Assembly: GCA_030650025.1 (NCBI GenBank)
Contig: JAUSEN010000029.1
Location: 287 to 64,286, forward strand
Source: Candidatus Magasanikiibacteriota bacterium
Lineage (GTDB): Bacteria; Patescibacteriota; Patescibacteriia; Magasanikbacterales; GWA2-37-8
Direction: 5' to 3'
Length of the DNA: 64,000 nucleotides
The position numbers and the translations under genes are program-made. The notes beneath the pieces are model-generated. The model saw only the letters and a list, made by a program, of their open reading frames with translations, was not told the origin of the DNA and ran no database searches. Positions 16,261 to 25,160 of the stretch are shown here, in pieces; position 1 is the stretch's first letter; each line of letters begins with the position of its first letter.

Positions 16261-16337
16261 ACTACGACTTACGTCGGGGTTCGGAATGGCAGATTAATTA
16301 TGCGTGAGGTATATAGCATGTCACTTTATCCACACTA

Positions 16338-16366
16338 TTGAAAATTTAGCTAATTTATGGTAGAAT
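16338..16366 (+). promoter_or_regulatory. Promoter of the second ECF sigma operon: TTGAAA, 17 bp spacer, TG-n-TAGAAT
   Basis: TTGAAA at 16338-16343, a 17-nt spacer, then TAGAAT at 16361-16366 with an extended TG at 16358-16359. It lies about 110 nt upstream of the ATG at 16476. Confidence 0.5.
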
Positions 16367-16475
16367 GAAGAGCGTTAATGCACAGCTGTTTTACAGCTTT
16401 TTTTGGGTTATAATGTAAATATAAGGCGGCCCGGCTTATTAGTGTAACAAATAGGCCAAACCAGCGTCTTCTACT

Positions 16476-17021
16476 ATGAACAGCTCTTTAGAACAAAAAC
16501 GCCTCTTGTATCGCCTGCAAATTGAACACGACCCCGAAGCCTACGCGACGCTTTATGATTTGTTTGTAAAGCAAATCTATCGCTTCGTGTACTTTAAGGT
16601 CGCGAGCCGCGAAGAAGCCGAGGATATCACTTCCGAAGTCTTTCTCAAAGCCTGGCACTATTTGCAAGAAAACAAAGAGGTCAAAAGCTTTAGCGGCTTA
16701 TTATACAAAATAGCGCGCAATGCCATCATTGACTTGTATCGCAGTAAAAGCGCTCGCCCCGAAGCTTTAATAATAGACGCGGAATTTGACCTCGCGAGCG
16801 AGCCAGACTTGGCTCTCGGAGTAGAAAGCAAAATCGAACACGCCAGAATTTTAGGAGCTTTAAAAAAGTTAAAGCAAGAGTATCAGGAAGTTCTGACCCT
16901 GCGATATGTCGATGATCTCGGCATTAACGAGATTGCCGAAATTATTAGTAAGAACGAGATCAGCGTTCGGGTCACTATCCATCGGGCGTTGAAGCGCTTA
17001 AAAGAAATTCTCCAGCCTTAA
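16476..17021 (+). CDS. RNA polymerase sigma factor, sigma-70/ECF-type (copy 2)
   Basis: Region 2 (FVKQIYRFVYFKVASREEAEDITSEVFLKAWHYL) and region 4 (EVLTLRYVDDLGINEIAEIISKNEISVRVTIHRALKRLKE). It is paralogous to 12647-13171. Confidence 0.8.
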   Translation: MNSSLEQKRLLYRLQIEHDPEAYATLYDLFVKQIYRFVYFKVASREEAEDITSEVFLKAWHYLQENKEVKSFSGLLYKIARNAIIDLYRSKSARPEALIIDAEFDLASEPDLALGVESKIEHARILGALKKLKQEYQEVLTLRYVDDLGINEIAEIISKNEISVRVTIHRALKRLKEILQP

Positions 17022-17029
17022 TTAATCAC

Positions 17030-18292
17030 ATGAAGTCAATTCTAATAAAACAACTGCAAGGGCTCCGGCAGGGGCAAAGCGAACCTGCTCCCGAGTGGCT
17101 AAAAAATAGCCGCCAGTTGCTATTGACTCAAGTTAAAAATACCATTGACAAGGACACGGAACCAGCTAACCGCTTGGCTAATTTTTGGTCCTGGTTAGCT
17201 ATTTTTCTCCCTCAAGGTTTAGTATTTAACGTGGTCAGGCCTTTGGCAGTTTTGGTAGTGGTGGCTTTGGTCGGCACCAGCGGCTGGATCGCGAGCGTGG
17301 ACGCGGCTTATGACGCTCTCCCCGGAGACGGCGTGGCTTATTATCTCAAACGCGGCCTGGAAAAAACCCAAGTCGCGGTTATATCTTTAGTTGGCGACAG
17401 TGATGACGAGGCTAAACTCCATTTAAAATTTGCTTCTTCTCGCGCCAATGAAGTTAAAAAAATGTTAGCCGGGCATGATAAAAAGAAAGCCCGGCATGTG
17501 GCGCAAACAGTTCAGGATTTAAAACAAGAGATCACCACCGTTAATACCAAAATTGAAAAAAGTTCCAGCGCCGAAACTATTAAAGACGTGGCCGTAGATG
17601 CCAAAGAAATTAAAAATCTTCTTCAAGATGCGAAAAATCTACTGTCTGCTTCCACCACACCAGATTTAGCTCAACAGGTTAAAGATGTTAAAGATCTAGC
17701 CAAAGACACTTCTGTTAAAGCCATGGAAACACTGGTTAATAAAGTAGTTTCCGGAGACCAAACAGTCACGACCGAAGAAGTTAAGCAGGTGCTCGGCAAA
17801 GCTCTGCAGTCTGCCGCTACCGAAGCTATGGAATCTCAAGTGGCGGCTGAATCTTTAAAAGTGGCCGTGGATAGTGTTAAAAATGGTATCATTGGCGCCA
17901 CGACCACTCCAGATAACACATCATCCACCATCCAAGAAGTTAAAGATTTTGCGAAAATGGTCGCCGTCGCTTCAACCCAAACCAATATTGTGGTGGAGCA
18001 GACCATCCAAGTCAGCTCCGATGTTACTTCTCAAGTCACCGAAGCCCAGAAAGCCATTTTAAATGGTGACTTGGCTACGGCTGTCGGCACGATTAAAGAC
18101 GTGGCTCAAATTACTAAAACCGTGGAGCAACTTACGGACACGGTTGTGCAACAAGCCCAGTCGGTTTTGCCAGTGGCTTCGGTTGATGTTAATAATGTCA
18201 TAGTTGATTCTGCTTTTGCTGTTAGCAGTTCCACTGCTTTTCCCTCCGCTACCGCTACCAGTGTTCCCCAAATCAGCTCTACCGCTAATTAA
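17030..18292 (+). CDS. Putative anti-sigma factor or membrane partner (copy 2) with a long degenerate-repeat extracytoplasmic region
   Basis: It sits 8 nt after the sigma gene. One TM segment (LAVLVVVALVGTSGWIA) is followed by a region like copy 1 (VAYYLKRGLEKTQVA...KLHLKFASSRANEVKKMLA vs AHFYLKKLARREAE...) and about 250 aa of V/K/D/T-rich degenerate repeats. Confidence 0.45.
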   Translation: MKSILIKQLQGLRQGQSEPAPEWLKNSRQLLLTQVKNTIDKDTEPANRLANFWSWLAIFLPQGLVFNVVRPLAVLVVVALVGTSGWIASVDAAYDALPGDGVAYYLKRGLEKTQVAVISLVGDSDDEAKLHLKFASSRANEVKKMLAGHDKKKARHVAQTVQDLKQEITTVNTKIEKSSSAETIKDVAVDAKEIKNLLQDAKNLLSASTTPDLAQQVKDVKDLAKDTSVKAMETLVNKVVSGDQTVTTEEVKQVLGKALQSAATEAMESQVAAESLKVAVDSVKNGIIGATTTPDNTSSTIQEVKDFAKMVAVASTQTNIVVEQTIQVSSDVTSQVTEAQKAILNGDLATAVGTIKDVAQITKTVEQLTDTVVQQAQSVLPVASVDVNNVIVDSAFAVSSSTAFPSATATSVPQISSTAN

Positions 18293-18312
18293 AATTAATT
18301 TTTGGTTCTTTG

Positions 18313-18372
18313 CCCTATTCGCCTCTCGACTACACTCGAGGTAAATAGGGGAGAGAGACAATAGGTTTTATT
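18313..18372 (+). terminator. Nested stem-loop (CCCTATT...[CTCGA-ctacac-TCGAG]...AATAGGG) followed by a downstream T-run. Possible terminator or leader element.
   Basis: The 7-bp outer stem at 18313-18319 and 18344-18350 encloses a 5-bp inner hairpin. The T-run ttttatt at 18366-18372 lies 15 nt downstream, which is not ideal for an intrinsic terminator. Confidence 0.3.
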
Positions 18373-18535
18373 AAATCGGGTTTCGTTTCAAGGTCGAGAG
18401 TCCATGAGGACTTACGAAATTCATGTGACGGTACTTAAGCAAAATTGCAAAATTTTGTTTGGGCCGTAACCTCTCGCCGCGCTTGTCTAGTTCACACTCT
18501 ATAGGCGCTCGCGAGATTAAATTACTAAATTAATT

Positions 18536-21500
18536 ATGTCGACTGTTATAAAATCAATCAAAAAGGTTTTCACCTTCAGTGTAGTGTCGACCACCATTTT
18601 GTGGAGCAGCATGGTTTCCGTGCTTGTTCCTTCAATGGTCAGCGCGGCCGCCTGCCCAGCCGGATTCGGCCCAGGCTCCATGCTTAAGGTCGTTGGGCGT
18701 CCCCCTCTCTACATAATGAATAACAACAATCAATTGCTCTCATACTTTAGCGGTAGAGAGTACAAGACTTGGACTGCTGACGACAAATACAGCGGCCATT
18801 TTTACGTTTCGCAAGAATGCTTTGACGAACAGAAACTGCCGACGATGTTGCCGACCTTGGTTGGCTATCGCCCTGGTACTATGGTCGTAAAGCGGATCGC
18901 GTCTGACCAGCTCTATGCGGTTTTGCCAGGCAACACCTTGGCCAAAATCACCGTGGAGGCTGCCAAATCGCTCTATGGCGCCAATTTTACCGCCGTAGTT
19001 GTTGATGACGTCGCTTTCCCTCACTATGTTAACCGCGCCGCCACCGACATCACCGAAGCCAAGCCGCACGAAGGCATGTTGGTTTCGAACGGCGGTAAGA
19101 ATTGGTATGTGGATGCTGGCATGAAACTGCGTGAAGTAAATGGCACCGGTTTCTCCGCCAACAAATTCCAGACTCGGTATGTTCACCCGGTGAGCGACGC
19201 GATGGTCGCGGGCTACACCAGTGGTGAAGTTATTTCCGCCGAAGTGGCGGCCTTGGTAGATCGCACGCAAAGCGGTGGCGTTGTCGTCACCCCTCCACCC
19301 GTGAATCCTCCTGGCCCCACCCCAACCTCCACCCCGGCTCCAATCGGCGGTAACTTAACCGTTTCCTTGGCTGCCGATAACCCGGCCGCCACCTACTTGG
19401 CTTCAGGCACGGCTTTAAACCCGGTCTTGAAGCTTTCTTTGTCCGCTTCGAGCGATACCACTGTCACCAGCCTGAAAATTCGCAAATCCGGTTTCTACGC
19501 CAACACCAATATTACTGGTGCTGATGTTACAGACTCCAAGGGTATGCGTCATGGCAACGTGGTTTCCACTTTGAGCGCGGACAGCGATCTGAACATTGGT
19601 TTTGCCTCTGAACCTATTGTGGTAAAAGCAGGCATGCCAGAAACCGTCTTAGTTCGCGTTAACTTAATCGCGGGCGCCTTCACCGGCACCTTCGCGATGT
19701 CCGTTCTCGCGGCTGGTTCGGTTGGTTCCAACGGCACTGTTGGCGGTACCTTCCCAATCACGGGTAACACCTTCAACGTGCAAGATGGTTCCAGTTCAGT
19801 GGCCGCTGTTCAAATCAACCCACAATTGGTTGGTTCTAACATGACCCTCAATGCTGACGGCACCAATCTGCAAGACATTGCCAAATTTAGCATTCAGGAA
19901 ACCTCCAGCCGTGAAGAGGTTAACTTAATGAAGTTATCTCTTTACAACAATGGCACCGCCGCGGATTCAGACTACAAAGACGTTCAGCTCGTTGAACAGT
20001 CTTCCAACAAAGTTCTGGCCACGGCTCAACCCAAAAACAAGGTTGTAATGTTCGACCTTGGCACTGGGTACATGATTGGCAAAGGCCAAACCAAGTATTT
20101 CTTGGTGCGCGCTATATTAATGAACGGCGCGGCTCGTACCATTCAGTTCGTGGTTTATAACAACTACGATCTTGAGGTCAAGGGTACTACCACTGGTTCT
20201 TTGGTCCTTCCGACCACAGACAGCTCCACTGGTAACGTCAGTGCTACGGCGTTCCCAGCTGGTAATGCTACCAACTACAACAAAGTAACGATTGGTTCGG
20301 GCGCGGTTTCTTTCAACAAGAATTCCGACTCCCCATCCAACGCCGTTATTGCTGGCGCCAACAATGTTGTCTTAGCTAAGTTCTTTATCAAACCCTCGGG
20401 CGAAGATATGGAACTACGCAAGATGATGCTTGGTATTACCAACTCCGGTCCTAAGGCCTTGGCTGGCACCGCGTATGTTAAAGTAGATGGCGCTACTGTC
20501 TACAGTGTGGCCGCTTCGAGCGTCGTCACTACTATGGCTGGCGCGTCCATTTCGCTTTCTTCATACCCCGTGCTTAAAGCCGGTGTAAACAGCTATGTGA
20601 CAGTAGAAGCTAATATTGATTCTTCCGCTGGCACCACTAATGTTTACAAGGTATACATGCGCCCGTCCGAAGTTAAGCGTTTGATTACCAACGATATCAC
20701 GATTGACGCCACCACGGTATTGCCCGCCTCACTTTCGGCTGGCAACAATATCGCGGTTCAAGGCACGACTTTAGCGGTTACCACCATGTCCGCTCCAGTC
20801 GCCGCCAACGTGGTCGCTGGCACTAACAGCCACGAGTTTGCTCGTATTGAGCTTAACGCTGGCCCCTCTGGCGAAGACATCCGTGTTAACACGATCGTTG
20901 TCAGCGACGTCATTTCTGGCGGCGCCGCCTTAACGAACGTGGCTAACCTGACGCTCTATGCCAATGGTCAGCCGCTTCTTACCAACAACAGCACCGCGGT
21001 TAACGCCGCTTCCAACACCTTCACCTTCTCCACGCCTATCGTGGTAACCCGCGCTAACCCAGTAGTGATTAGCGTTAAAGGTGATGTCGTGGCTGGTACC
21101 GCTGGTTCGCACACCTACCGGGTGAGCGGCACCGCTGATGTGACTGCTTATGGCCAAGGATTCGGCAACACCGCCACCATTACCATTGCTGGTTCTGGCC
21201 AGGCGATGACCGTAGTGTCCGCCGGCACTCTCAACTTGTCGCTGGTTTCTGGCCCCACCGCCTCGCCGTCCAATGATCGTATGGTCACTGTCGGCACGGG
21301 CGATGTTTCAGTCTTTGGCTTCAAGATGAGCGCCCAGAACGAAGCGCAGAAACTTACCACTTTGGTACTGACCGCTTCTTCTACCGCTGGCAATACCTTA
21401 GGCAGCAACGACATCGTGAATGTGCGCCTCTATTTGAACAACTCGGCCACGCCGTTTGCTTCGGCCAACGCTGGCTCCTGCGCTAGCAGTGTCTGTACCT

Positions 21501-22264
21501 TTACCTGGACTAACACAGACAATGTCTTGCCAGAAACTGTTCAACCTGGCTTCCCCGCGACTGTCTATGTCAAAGCCAACATTGGTCAACCCGGCTCGGC
21601 CGCGGTTACCAACGCGTTTAAGTTCTACTTTGCGACTTCATCCACTACCGATGTTGTCTTCAAAGGAGCCTTTAGCGGCGCTACTTCCACTGTGGCTGGT
21701 CTTCCGATCGCCTCTGGCTTAACGATCGTCTCACCTTGGAACGTAACAATCAGTGGCGAAGCTCCGGCCGCCGGCACTTCGCTCACTCAAACAGTTGGCG
21801 CTGGCACCCAGATCGGCCGCTTCAAAATCATGAACAACGGTACGGGGCAGGTTACTGTCACGGATCTGCGGTTTACTGATAACGGCAGCCATACTGGCAC
21901 TACCACCACCTACAAGCTGTACTACTCGGATGAAGGGTCTACCAACTATATTGGTAATACCGCGACCACTACGGTCACGGACTTCTCCTCGAGCGTACTT
22001 GACTTCAGCGGTGGCATGACCAACTTTACCATCAACGGCAATTCTTATCGCTACATCACTGTCGCGATCAGCACTGCCGGCAATATTGCGGCTGGTAATT
22101 CTTGGGCCTTGGCGCTCCCTGCCTTCAGTGATGCCAAATATAGCATCACCGAATCTAACCTTGGCTACTCCAACAATGGCGACGCTGACCTTGAGGACAC
22201 CGTTACCGGTGCCTTCATGGAAGGTAAGCCATCGCTTGGCACCTTGGTTAAGCAGAGCACCTAA
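18536..22264 (+). CDS. Giant secreted surface protein (S-layer-like or adhesin-like) with an N-terminal unique domain and tandem beta-rich repeat domains
   Basis: Signal peptide (FTFSVVSTTILWSSMVSVLVPSMVSAAA). The 1242-aa sequence is T/S/G/A/V/N-rich with a P/T linker (PPPVNPPGPTPTSTPAP) and repeated roughly 100-aa modules. The gene is visibly GC-richer than its surroundings, with strong GC3 codon bias. Confidence 0.6.
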   Translation: MSTVIKSIKKVFTFSVVSTTILWSSMVSVLVPSMVSAAACPAGFGPGSMLKVVGRPPLYIMNNNNQLLSYFSGREYKTWTADDKYSGHFYVSQECFDEQKLPTMLPTLVGYRPGTMVVKRIASDQLYAVLPGNTLAKITVEAAKSLYGANFTAVVVDDVAFPHYVNRAATDITEAKPHEGMLVSNGGKNWYVDAGMKLREVNGTGFSANKFQTRYVHPVSDAMVAGYTSGEVISAEVAALVDRTQSGGVVVTPPPVNPPGPTPTSTPAPIGGNLTVSLAADNPAATYLASGTALNPVLKLSLSASSDTTVTSLKIRKSGFYANTNITGADVTDSKGMRHGNVVSTLSADSDLNIGFASEPIVVKAGMPETVLVRVNLIAGAFTGTFAMSVLAAGSVGSNGTVGGTFPITGNTFNVQDGSSSVAAVQINPQLVGSNMTLNADGTNLQDIAKFSIQETSSREEVNLMKLSLYNNGTAADSDYKDVQLVEQSSNKVLATAQPKNKVVMFDLGTGYMIGKGQTKYFLVRAILMNGAARTIQFVVYNNYDLEVKGTTTGSLVLPTTDSSTGNVSATAFPAGNATNYNKVTIGSGAVSFNKNSDSPSNAVIAGANNVVLAKFFIKPSGEDMELRKMMLGITNSGPKALAGTAYVKVDGATVYSVAASSVVTTMAGASISLSSYPVLKAGVNSYVTVEANIDSSAGTTNVYKVYMRPSEVKRLITNDITIDATTVLPASLSAGNNIAVQGTTLAVTTMSAPVAANVVAGTNSHEFARIELNAGPSGEDIRVNTIVVSDVISGGAALTNVANLTLYANGQPLLTNNSTAVNAASNTFTFSTPIVVTRANPVVISVKGDVVAGTAGSHTYRVSGTADVTAYGQGFGNTATITIAGSGQAMTVVSAGTLNLSLVSGPTASPSNDRMVTVGTGDVSVFGFKMSAQNEAQKLTTLVLTASSTAGNTLGSNDIVNVRLYLNNSATPFASANAGSCASSVCTFTWTNTDNVLPETVQPGFPATVYVKANIGQPGSAAVTNAFKFYFATSSTTDVVFKGAFSGATSTVAGLPIASGLTIVSPWNVTISGEAPAAGTSLTQTVGAGTQIGRFKIMNNGTGQVTVTDLRFTDNGSHTGTTTTYKLYYSDEGSTNYIGNTATTTVTDFSSSVLDFSGGMTNFTINGNSYRYITVAISTAGNIAAGNSWALALPAFSDAKYSITESNLGYSNNGDADLEDTVTGAFMEGKPSLGTLVKQST

Positions 22265-22290
22265 TTAGTTTCAGGATAGCTTACAATCCT

Positions 22291-22340
22291 AACCAAACAA
22301 CCCCCCTCCGCCCTTGGCGGGTGGGGGGTTGTTGGTTTTT
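22291..22340 (+). terminator. Rho-independent terminator with a roughly 22-bp near-perfect stem and a T-run
   Basis: aaccaaacaacccccctccgcc-cttg-ggcgggtggggggttgttggtt followed by ttttt. It sits 27 nt after the surface-protein stop. Confidence 0.8.
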
Positions 22341-22343
22341 AGT

Positions 22344-22372
22344 TTGACACTTTAGAACAAAATCCGTATAAT
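22344..22372 (+). promoter_or_regulatory. Consensus sigma-70 promoter: TTGACA, 17 bp spacer, TATAAT
   Basis: TTGACA at 22344-22349, a 17-nt spacer (ctttagaacaaaatccg), then TATAAT at 22367-22372. It lies 47 nt upstream of the ATG at 22419. Confidence 0.7.
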
Positions 22373-22418
22373 AAGCACCAGTCGCGCTTTATTAACGCTT
22401 AATTTTTTTACAAATATT

Positions 22419-24443
22419 ATGCAAAAAAACCTGGAGTATTTTATTAAAGGTTTAGTATATTTAAGTTTTTTTGTACCTTTATTGGTTTTACCATCGTCGT
22501 TTATTTTTCCATTTATTGTCCCGAAAATTTTGTTGTTTCGCTCGCTCTCCATCTTAATGTTTGGGGCGTATCTGCTCCTCTGTGTCAGTAACCCGCGCCA
22601 ATATTTACCGCGCCTTAGCCCGGTTTTGGTAGCTCTGGGGTTGTTTATATTAAGTTTTAGCATTAGCACCTTCGCGGGCGTCGATGCCTACCACAGCTTT
22701 TGGGACAACCACGAGCGCATGCTCGGCCTCTTCACTATTTTGCACTATTTTATTTATTTTTTGGTAATCACAGCCATCTTTCGCTCTTGGAGCGAATGGC
22801 GGCAGTTATTTTGGGTTTTTTTAATAGCCGGCTCGGCAGTTATGTTCGTTGGAATGTTGCAAGTTGGTAATGCCGATCTGCTTTTGAATCAAGGCAGTGA
22901 CCGCGTCGCCTCGACGCTCGGCAACCCTATTTATGTTGGTGGTTACGGTCTTTTTTTGGCATTCGTCGCCGCTCTCCTCATAGCCAAAGAACGCCAACTG
23001 GCGTGGCGATTGGCCGCCGCCTTCTTCGGTATTTTCGCGCTCCTCGGGATGTTTTATAGTGGTACGCGCGGTTCTATGCTCGGGTTCATCGCCGGGCTTT
23101 TCTCCAGCCTCATTATTTACGGGATTTTTAGTAAAACTAATTTTAAAGCTCGTTTAGCATCGGGCCTTGTTTTAGCCAGCCTTTTGGTATTAGTTAGTTT
23201 CGCTTACAATTGGCGGCATACCACGTTCGTACAAAATATTCCGGCTGTGGGGCGCGCGGTCAACACTTCGCTTTCTAGTGTTAAAAGCAGCCCGCGCTGG
23301 GTAGCTTGGGCGATTGCTTGGGAGAGCTTTGTCGAGCGCCCAGTTTTTGGCTGGGGTCCCAATAACTTTTTCTACGCTTTCAACAAACATTATAATCCGC
23401 GCTCTTTAGAGTTTGGTTACGGCGAAACTTGGTTCGACAATGCCCACAATATCATTATGAATACTCTCTCGGTGCAGGGCGGGCTTGGCCTAGTTACTTA
23501 TTTAGGCATTTTCGCTATGGCGGTAGGCGTTCTCTTGCGGCAGTATCGCCGCGGCGCCGTGGAATTGAATATTGTTTTGTTTGGCAGTGCTTTTTTAGTG
23601 GCACACCTCGTGCAAAATATTACTGTTTTTGAAAACCCCACGTCGTATCTTTACTTCATGGTTTGGTTGGCCTTTGTTAATCGCTTTACAACCGCGTCTG
23701 CGGATCAATCCGCTCTTCGCGCTCCATTTGTCAGCCGCCCTATCTCGAAGAGCGCCCTAGGCGCTACCGCTTTAGTCTTGATTTTGTGGATTTATGTCTT
23801 TAACGTCCAGCCCGCCCGCGCTAACTCTCTGGCTTTAAAAACACTGCGCGCTATCAGCCAAGACCCGGTTGGTTCTAGCAATCAAATTAAAGCGGCGTTG
23901 GCGTTTAATTCGCCCCACATCGATGATGTCAGAAACGACATCGGTCGTATTATCCTAAATGCCGTGCCTGATGTCTCTCAAAAATTTGGTTCTGATAAAG
24001 CCAAAGAACTAATGGACTTGTTAGAGCCAGCTTTACTCGAGAATACTAGGTTGCATCCCGGAGATATAAGGGTGTATATGCTTTTGGGGCAATTATACCG
24101 TTTTCGCGCCACGCTCGATCGCGACCCGCAAGAAGTAATGAGAGCCATTACAGTTTATGAACAAGCTCTGGTGCACTCTCCCCGCCGCCAGCAGTTGGTA
24201 TATTCTTTGGCCGAATTATATGGCATGATTGGTAACAATAAAAAAGCTGTCGAGCTCATAGAGCAGTCGATTGTTGATAATCCCAAAATTGCCGAAGGGT
24301 ATATTCGCCTGGCCTATTTATACAGCACCGCTAAACAGCCGGCCGAAGCCGCCAAAATAATTGCCACAGCCAAAGAGCGGGGCGTAGTTTTTAATTCGAG
24401 CGAAGCGGCCGCGGCCACGCAAATTTTAGGCGCTACCAAATAA
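22419..24443 (+). CDS. O-antigen ligase/polymerase-like (Wzy_C-type) polytopic membrane protein fused to a C-terminal TPR-like soluble domain
   Basis: About 12 TM helices with the characteristic large periplasmic loop. The C-terminal roughly 200 aa contain helical repeats (LGQLYRF..., AELYGMIGNNKKAVELIEQS..., AYLYSTAKQPAEAAKI). Confidence 0.55.
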   Translation: MQKNLEYFIKGLVYLSFFVPLLVLPSSFIFPFIVPKILLFRSLSILMFGAYLLLCVSNPRQYLPRLSPVLVALGLFILSFSISTFAGVDAYHSFWDNHERMLGLFTILHYFIYFLVITAIFRSWSEWRQLFWVFLIAGSAVMFVGMLQVGNADLLLNQGSDRVASTLGNPIYVGGYGLFLAFVAALLIAKERQLAWRLAAAFFGIFALLGMFYSGTRGSMLGFIAGLFSSLIIYGIFSKTNFKARLASGLVLASLLVLVSFAYNWRHTTFVQNIPAVGRAVNTSLSSVKSSPRWVAWAIAWESFVERPVFGWGPNNFFYAFNKHYNPRSLEFGYGETWFDNAHNIIMNTLSVQGGLGLVTYLGIFAMAVGVLLRQYRRGAVELNIVLFGSAFLVAHLVQNITVFENPTSYLYFMVWLAFVNRFTTASADQSALRAPFVSRPISKSALGATALVLILWIYVFNVQPARANSLALKTLRAISQDPVGSSNQIKAALAFNSPHIDDVRNDIGRIILNAVPDVSQKFGSDKAKELMDLLEPALLENTRLHPGDIRVYMLLGQLYRFRATLDRDPQEVMRAITVYEQALVHSPRRQQLVYSLAELYGMIGNNKKAVELIEQSIVDNPKIAEGYIRLAYLYSTAKQPAEAAKIIATAKERGVVFNSSEAAAATQILGATK

Positions 24444-24503
24444 ATATGGCAGAGCCTGACTCAAAAATAATCTTCTCCGTCTTTAGCCAAAGCTAGGGAT
24501 AGT

Positions 24504-25160
24504 ATGATGAATAACGCATTTTACAAAGTCATGAACGACGCTGTTTTGGGCGCTCGAGTATTACATGTTGGCTGCGTGGGAACAAGAGCCATCGGCGCCA
24601 ATAATTTTCCCTTGCACCGGTTTTTAACCAAACGAGCGCGAGGGGTTTATGGGATAGATATTGATGCCGAGGGAATCGCGCAAATGGCAGCGCTTGGTTT
24701 TGCCTGCGAAGCGACTCCGGCCGAAAGCTATTTTTGTTCCGAACACTACGATGTGGTAACCGTTTCGAGTGTCTTGCAGTTTGTGGCTTCACCCATTGGT
24801 GTAATCACAAACTTAGCACGGTCTTTAAAGCCGGGTGGTATCATGCTAGTGGAAGTGCCCAACGCCTACAGCCTTATTGAGATCATGCGCAATGCCACAA
24901 AATTTGCGAAGCTTAAACCAATTCAGTTAACCGGGCAGTCCACCTTGGGGGAAGTGAATCTGTTTAGTAGCGCCACGTTAGCCGCGCTGATTATAGGCAG
25001 TGGGTTAGAATTAATTAGCGTCAAAAGCTATGTTCGTAAAACCGCTCGTGATCAAAAAAATTTAAAACTAAAAATTAGGACGGCCATCAATAATTTTCCG
25101 CGCTATCTCTCGCCAGCTTGGGGCCCAACGCTCTTAGCTACCGCTCGAAAAATTGTTTAA
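24504..25160 (+). CDS. Class I SAM-dependent methyltransferase
   Basis: The glycine-rich motif-I region is (VLHVGCVGT) and the post-I acidic residue is (GIDID). It is a Rossmann-fold methyltransferase. Confidence 0.5.
   Translation: MMNNAFYKVMNDAVLGARVLHVGCVGTRAIGANNFPLHRFLTKRARGVYGIDIDAEGIAQMAALGFACEATPAESYFCSEHYDVVTVSSVLQFVASPIGVITNLARSLKPGGIMLVEVPNAYSLIEIMRNATKFAKLKPIQLTGQSTLGEVNLFSSATLAALIIGSGLELISVKSYVRKTARDQKNLKLKIRTAINNFPRYLSPAWGPTLLATARKIV

Noticed and set aside
6996-16337. The octamer CACACTAT recurs upstream of the ATGs at 7002, 7772 and 9807 and upstream of the -35 at 16338, as a possible conserved leader motif.
   Set aside because: Two of the four copies are part of the duplicated dnaK relic. 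The remaining count is not above chance expectation for an 8-mer in 64 kb.
18740-22268. Numerous antisense or out-of-frame ORFs inside the giant surface-protein gene (e.g. 18740-19270 on the minus strand, 21148-21414 on the minus strand, 21456-21722 on the plus strand).
   Set aside because: They are fully contained in a long, compositionally coherent sense ORF with GC-rich codons, which generates long spurious frames. None has recognisable features.
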